Below, one piece after another: positions 20,979 to 23,364 of a stretch of 23,364 bases of DNA. The stretch is from Candidatus Electronema aureum (GTDB lineage Bacteria > Desulfobacterota > Desulfobulbia > Desulfobulbales > Desulfobulbaceae), in assembly GCA_004284765.1 (NCBI GenBank), contig NQJD01000037.1, positions 1-23,364 of the forward strand, written 5' to 3'. The notes below the pieces were generated by a model. The model worked only from the letters and a program-made list of their open reading frames with translations. It was not told the origin of the DNA and searched no databases. Both the position numbers and the translations under genes were made by a program. How positions within the stretch are numbered: position 1 is the stretch's first letter; every line of letters starts with the position of its first letter.

Positions 20979-22226
20979 ATGAACAGAGAAGAAACAAGAA
21001 AAGAACTTGCCAATCTATCAACTGAGTGGAAATTATCCTTTTTATCTCGGATTGATTTGCTTATTTTTTCTTTCCTTAGTGAGGATATAAAGCAGAGTGA
21101 AATTCTTGATTTACTAATACTGAGTACAGCTATCGAGTTTATATATGATCCAGAAAATACAGAGTTTCTAAAAAATGAAAAGAATAAACTCTACACAGAA
21201 GAAATATCTTTTCATAAAAATAGATTATTTATAATAAGAAGCAGGAGCGAAGATATCGTTGAATTGATAGATGCAAAATTAGATTTTTTAATATATAGCA
21301 AATCAGGATATGCGAGTGGCAAAATAACAGATTATGCTGAATTACTACAAATCGACATGTCAAGTGAGTTGTATTTTATTAAAGAGCACATTCAATCAGG
21401 CAAATCAACCGCAGACTATCTCTATCAACCCCTCTATGCCTCTCAGTCACAAGAATGGCTTCAGCGCGGCAAAGAATTCGTTCAAATTCTCCGCAACTAC
21501 GGCCACGGCTTTGACATCTGGGCTGACTGGTTCCAAGGACGCATTGACGGAGTGCCGACAAATAAGGAATTTCTCGAAGCTGTGGCTAATCTCCCAGAGG
21601 AAATCCTTGCCCAAGAACCGGCGCAGATCAATGCCTATATAAAAAATCTCTGCCAAACAGAACGCCCACTCAACCGAGTCCGCGTGATCTTTCTCGGCTA
21701 TGGCGAGGCGGGCAAGACTTCCCTCATCCGCGCTCTCAATAGCCTCGAAGTGGTTGCGGGCAAGGAGCAGATGACTCCGGGCATAGACATTTCCACTTGG
21801 CAGGTGCCGGGCACGGAAATCACCGCGCATTTCTGGGACTTCGGCGGGCAGGTCGTGGCCCACGCCACCCACCAGTTCTTTCTCCGCTCGCGCTGCCTCT
21901 ACATCCTCCTCCTCGACGGCAGAACCGAAATCAACGCCAACGAGCAGGCGGAATACTGGCTGGAGCACGTGCGGGCGTTCGGCAGCAAAGCCCCTGTCAT
22001 GCTGGTCGGCAACAAGGCCGATCTCTGCGCGGTGAATCTCGTTTTCTTGCTTGCAAAAAAAGAAGGGGCGGATTGCTCCGCCCCTTCTGTAAAAAATTAT
22101 TGGGACACAATCAGCCGTCCCGATAATTCCTCAATCACTCACACTGACCGCCGGAGACAACAGCGTGGGCGATCAGCCAGACACCACCCTTGCCATCCAC
22201 ATCTTTCAGCGGCACTGTGTAACTGA
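20979..22226 (+). CDS. Roc/Ras-like small-GTPase-domain protein with an unrecognised AT-rich N-terminal region. It is apparently 3'-truncated and probably a gene remnant.
   Basis: G1 is VIFLGYGEAGKTSL (21696-21722). A candidate G2 Thr sits in MTPGIDI. G3 is WDFGGQ (21834-21851) and G4 is LVGNKADL (22011-22025). Beyond about 22030 the frame runs through the antisense of a terminator hairpin and the 3' end of the convergent gene before stopping at 22226. I prefer the start at ATG 20979 (MNREETRK) over the track's 20922. Confidence 0.6.
   Translation: MNREETRKELANLSTEWKLSFLSRIDLLIFSFLSEDIKQSEILDLLILSTAIEFIYDPENTEFLKNEKNKLYTEEISFHKNRLFIIRSRSEDIVELIDAKLDFLIYSKSGYASGKITDYAELLQIDMSSELYFIKEHIQSGKSTADYLYQPLYASQSQEWLQRGKEFVQILRNYGHGFDIWADWFQGRIDGVPTNKEFLEAVANLPEEILAQEPAQINAYIKNLCQTERPLNRVRVIFLGYGEAGKTSLIRALNSLEVVAGKEQMTPGIDISTWQVPGTEITAHFWDFGGQVVAHATHQFFLRSRCLYILLLDGRTEINANEQAEYWLEHVRAFGSKAPVMLVGNKADLCAVNLVFLLAKKEGADCSAPSVKNYWDTISRPDNSSITHTDRRRQQRGRSARHHPCHPHLSAALCN
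22054..22087 (-). terminator. Rho-independent terminator of the secreted-protein gene
   Basis: A perfect 10-bp GC-rich stem, gaaggggcgg (22062-22071) / ccgccccttc (22078-22087), closes a 6-nt loop. On the minus strand it is followed by TTTTTTT (complement of 22054-22060). It lies 48 nt after the stop codon at 22135-22137. Confidence 0.85.
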
Positions 22227-23187
22227 ATTCCTGAACGCCGCCCACATCATAGCCTTCTGACGGATAGCCATACTGACCGGGGGCCACTGTTGTCGGCTTT
22301 GCGTCGGCTGCGTAGATATGCACTTCCTCCAGCGCATTGCCAGGATTCAGAGAGTATTTGACTTCAGCAGCCTCTCCATTCCAGTTGACTGTGAGTGTTC
22401 CGGCCAACGTGCCATTGGCGGTTTTGTTCAAACCTGCTCCAGCCCAGATTTCATAGGTAGCTGTTCCGGTCTTGGTCAGGTTGATCGCCCAGCCCCAGCG
22501 GTTGTTTGTCAGCTTGAGGGAAGGAAGATTTTCCGGGTTGGACTGTTTGAGAGTCGTCCAGATATGAGTGCCTTTGGCGAAGGCGGTCTCGGTGAAGCAC
22601 AGTCCGTCACCGCCGCCGAAGTCACAGCAGATCGTGTACAGTCCATAGAACCACCAAGATTTTCCCGACCCCGGCTGATCGCCGCCGAAGGCGGTCTGGC
22701 CGCTGAGGCTGCCTGAACCGTCATCAACATCCCGCACTTCGGCATGGGTGACCACGTAAAGGGGCGGCAGGTTGGGGCATGTCTCAGGTGCGATGGTGAC
22801 ATTGATGCTGGCGAGCGGAACAGTGAATGTGTAGGATGTCAGCCCTTCCGAGGAGGGATACGGATCCACACCGGAATGATACGGAAGCTGTCCGGGCGAA
22901 GGACGTTTCGCGCCGCCGCCGGGCAGCATGGAAAGGTCATTGCCCATCCACATGTGCAGGGTGCCGAATGTCGCGCTTGGCTGGGTGGCTGTATCTATGG
23001 CGTAAGTGACATAGACATTCTCCGCGTCATTCTTGACAGTGACTGTTCCGACATTGATATGCTGGCCTGCCCAAAGCGTCCAGACTTTGTCTCCACATGT
23101 CGCCTGAGCTGCTGCCTGTCCAATTCCGAGCGACAGAAATGCCGCCATAAACATGCTGAACAATACAGCTTCTTTCAATATCTTCAT
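22135..23187 (-). CDS. Secreted protein of unknown function with an internal two-domain duplication
   Basis: The signal peptide is MKILKEAVLFSMFMAAFLSLGIGQAAAQA. AGGAGAA lies 7 nt before the ATG at 23187, so the track's 23208 start is less likely. The two halves share (L/I)WAG, GT(V/L)TV, V.Y, (L/V)H(M/I), PGQ..Y, (Y/F)(T/S)(F/Y)TVPL and (T/A)HA.V in the same order. A TAF..G...W(W/G) motif also occurs twice. Confidence 0.8.
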   Translation of the reverse strand: MKILKEAVLFSMFMAAFLSLGIGQAAAQATCGDKVWTLWAGQHINVGTVTVKNDAENVYVTYAIDTATQPSATFGTLHMWMGNDLSMLPGGGAKRPSPGQLPYHSGVDPYPSSEGLTSYTFTVPLASINVTIAPETCPNLPPLYVVTHAEVRDVDDGSGSLSGQTAFGGDQPGSGKSWWFYGLYTICCDFGGGDGLCFTETAFAKGTHIWTTLKQSNPENLPSLKLTNNRWGWAINLTKTGTATYEIWAGAGLNKTANGTLAGTLTVNWNGEAAEVKYSLNPGNALEEVHIYAADAKPTTVAPGQYGYPSEGYDVGGVQEFSYTVPLKDVDGKGGVWLIAHAVVSGGQCE

Positions 23188-23364
23188 AGTGTTTTCTCCT
23201 GTGCGCATTGGGCACTTAGCTAATTATTCTTACTCTTAACTCACCTTACGCAACAAGCCTTACAGGATTCAGTTGAAGCAAGGCAACGTAAGCCGATTGA
23301 AGGGCTTTCAGGTAGAGCTTGGATTTGAGTGCAAAGTGATTGATCTGAGTTGAGCGTTTGAGCA

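Noticed and set aside
22026-22100. The tail after NKADL (…LAKKEGADCSAPSVKNYW…) superficially resembles the Ras-like LAxxxG...SAK G5 region, which would make the GTPase domain complete.
   Set aside because: KEGADCSAPS is encoded exactly by the perfect 10-bp terminator hairpin of the convergent gene. The NKxD-to-SA spacing is shorter than usual, and the local sequence (A-run, hairpin, A/T-run) looks non-coding. I treat the resemblance as coincidental, though it is listed as the refutation test for the truncation claim.

Overview
This is a 23.4-kb bacterial chromosomal window. All calls come from by-eye motif recognition on the supplied ORF track and the DNA; no searches were run.

Core (2957-13896): a roughly 10.9-kb block of seven same-strand genes whose junctions overlap or nearly abut. 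In order: a CheY-like receiver, a multi-pass membrane histidine kinase, a PAS hybrid histidine kinase, a CheB-CheR-PAS fusion protein, a Cache-like/PAS histidine kinase, a second stand-alone receiver, and tilS. The window holds no MCP, CheA, CheW or DNA-binding output domain, so the substrate and output of this module are unexplained. I consider it the most system-like feature here.

Downstream of the block: a HEAT-repeat / degenerate cNMP-binding / PilZ protein, maf, a zinc-ribbon plus helical-repeat protein, and a 546-aa protein made almost entirely of about 22 MORN repeats.

Left end (1-2600): a ferritin-like protein, a doubtful small Cys-rich ORF, and what looks like the inner fragment of a radical-SAM/SPASM plus C11-peptidase operon truncated at both outer ends.

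Right end (19.7-23.4 kb): a mosaic accessory patch. It holds a DUF4160/DUF2442 pair bracketed by an imperfect direct repeat, a cluster of AT-rich repeated words, a Roc/Ras-type GTPase ORF that is compositionally chimeric and apparently 3'-truncated, and a secreted, internally duplicated protein with a clean intrinsic terminator.

I recognised no rRNA, tRNA, CRISPR array, transposase, integrase or reverse transcriptase.
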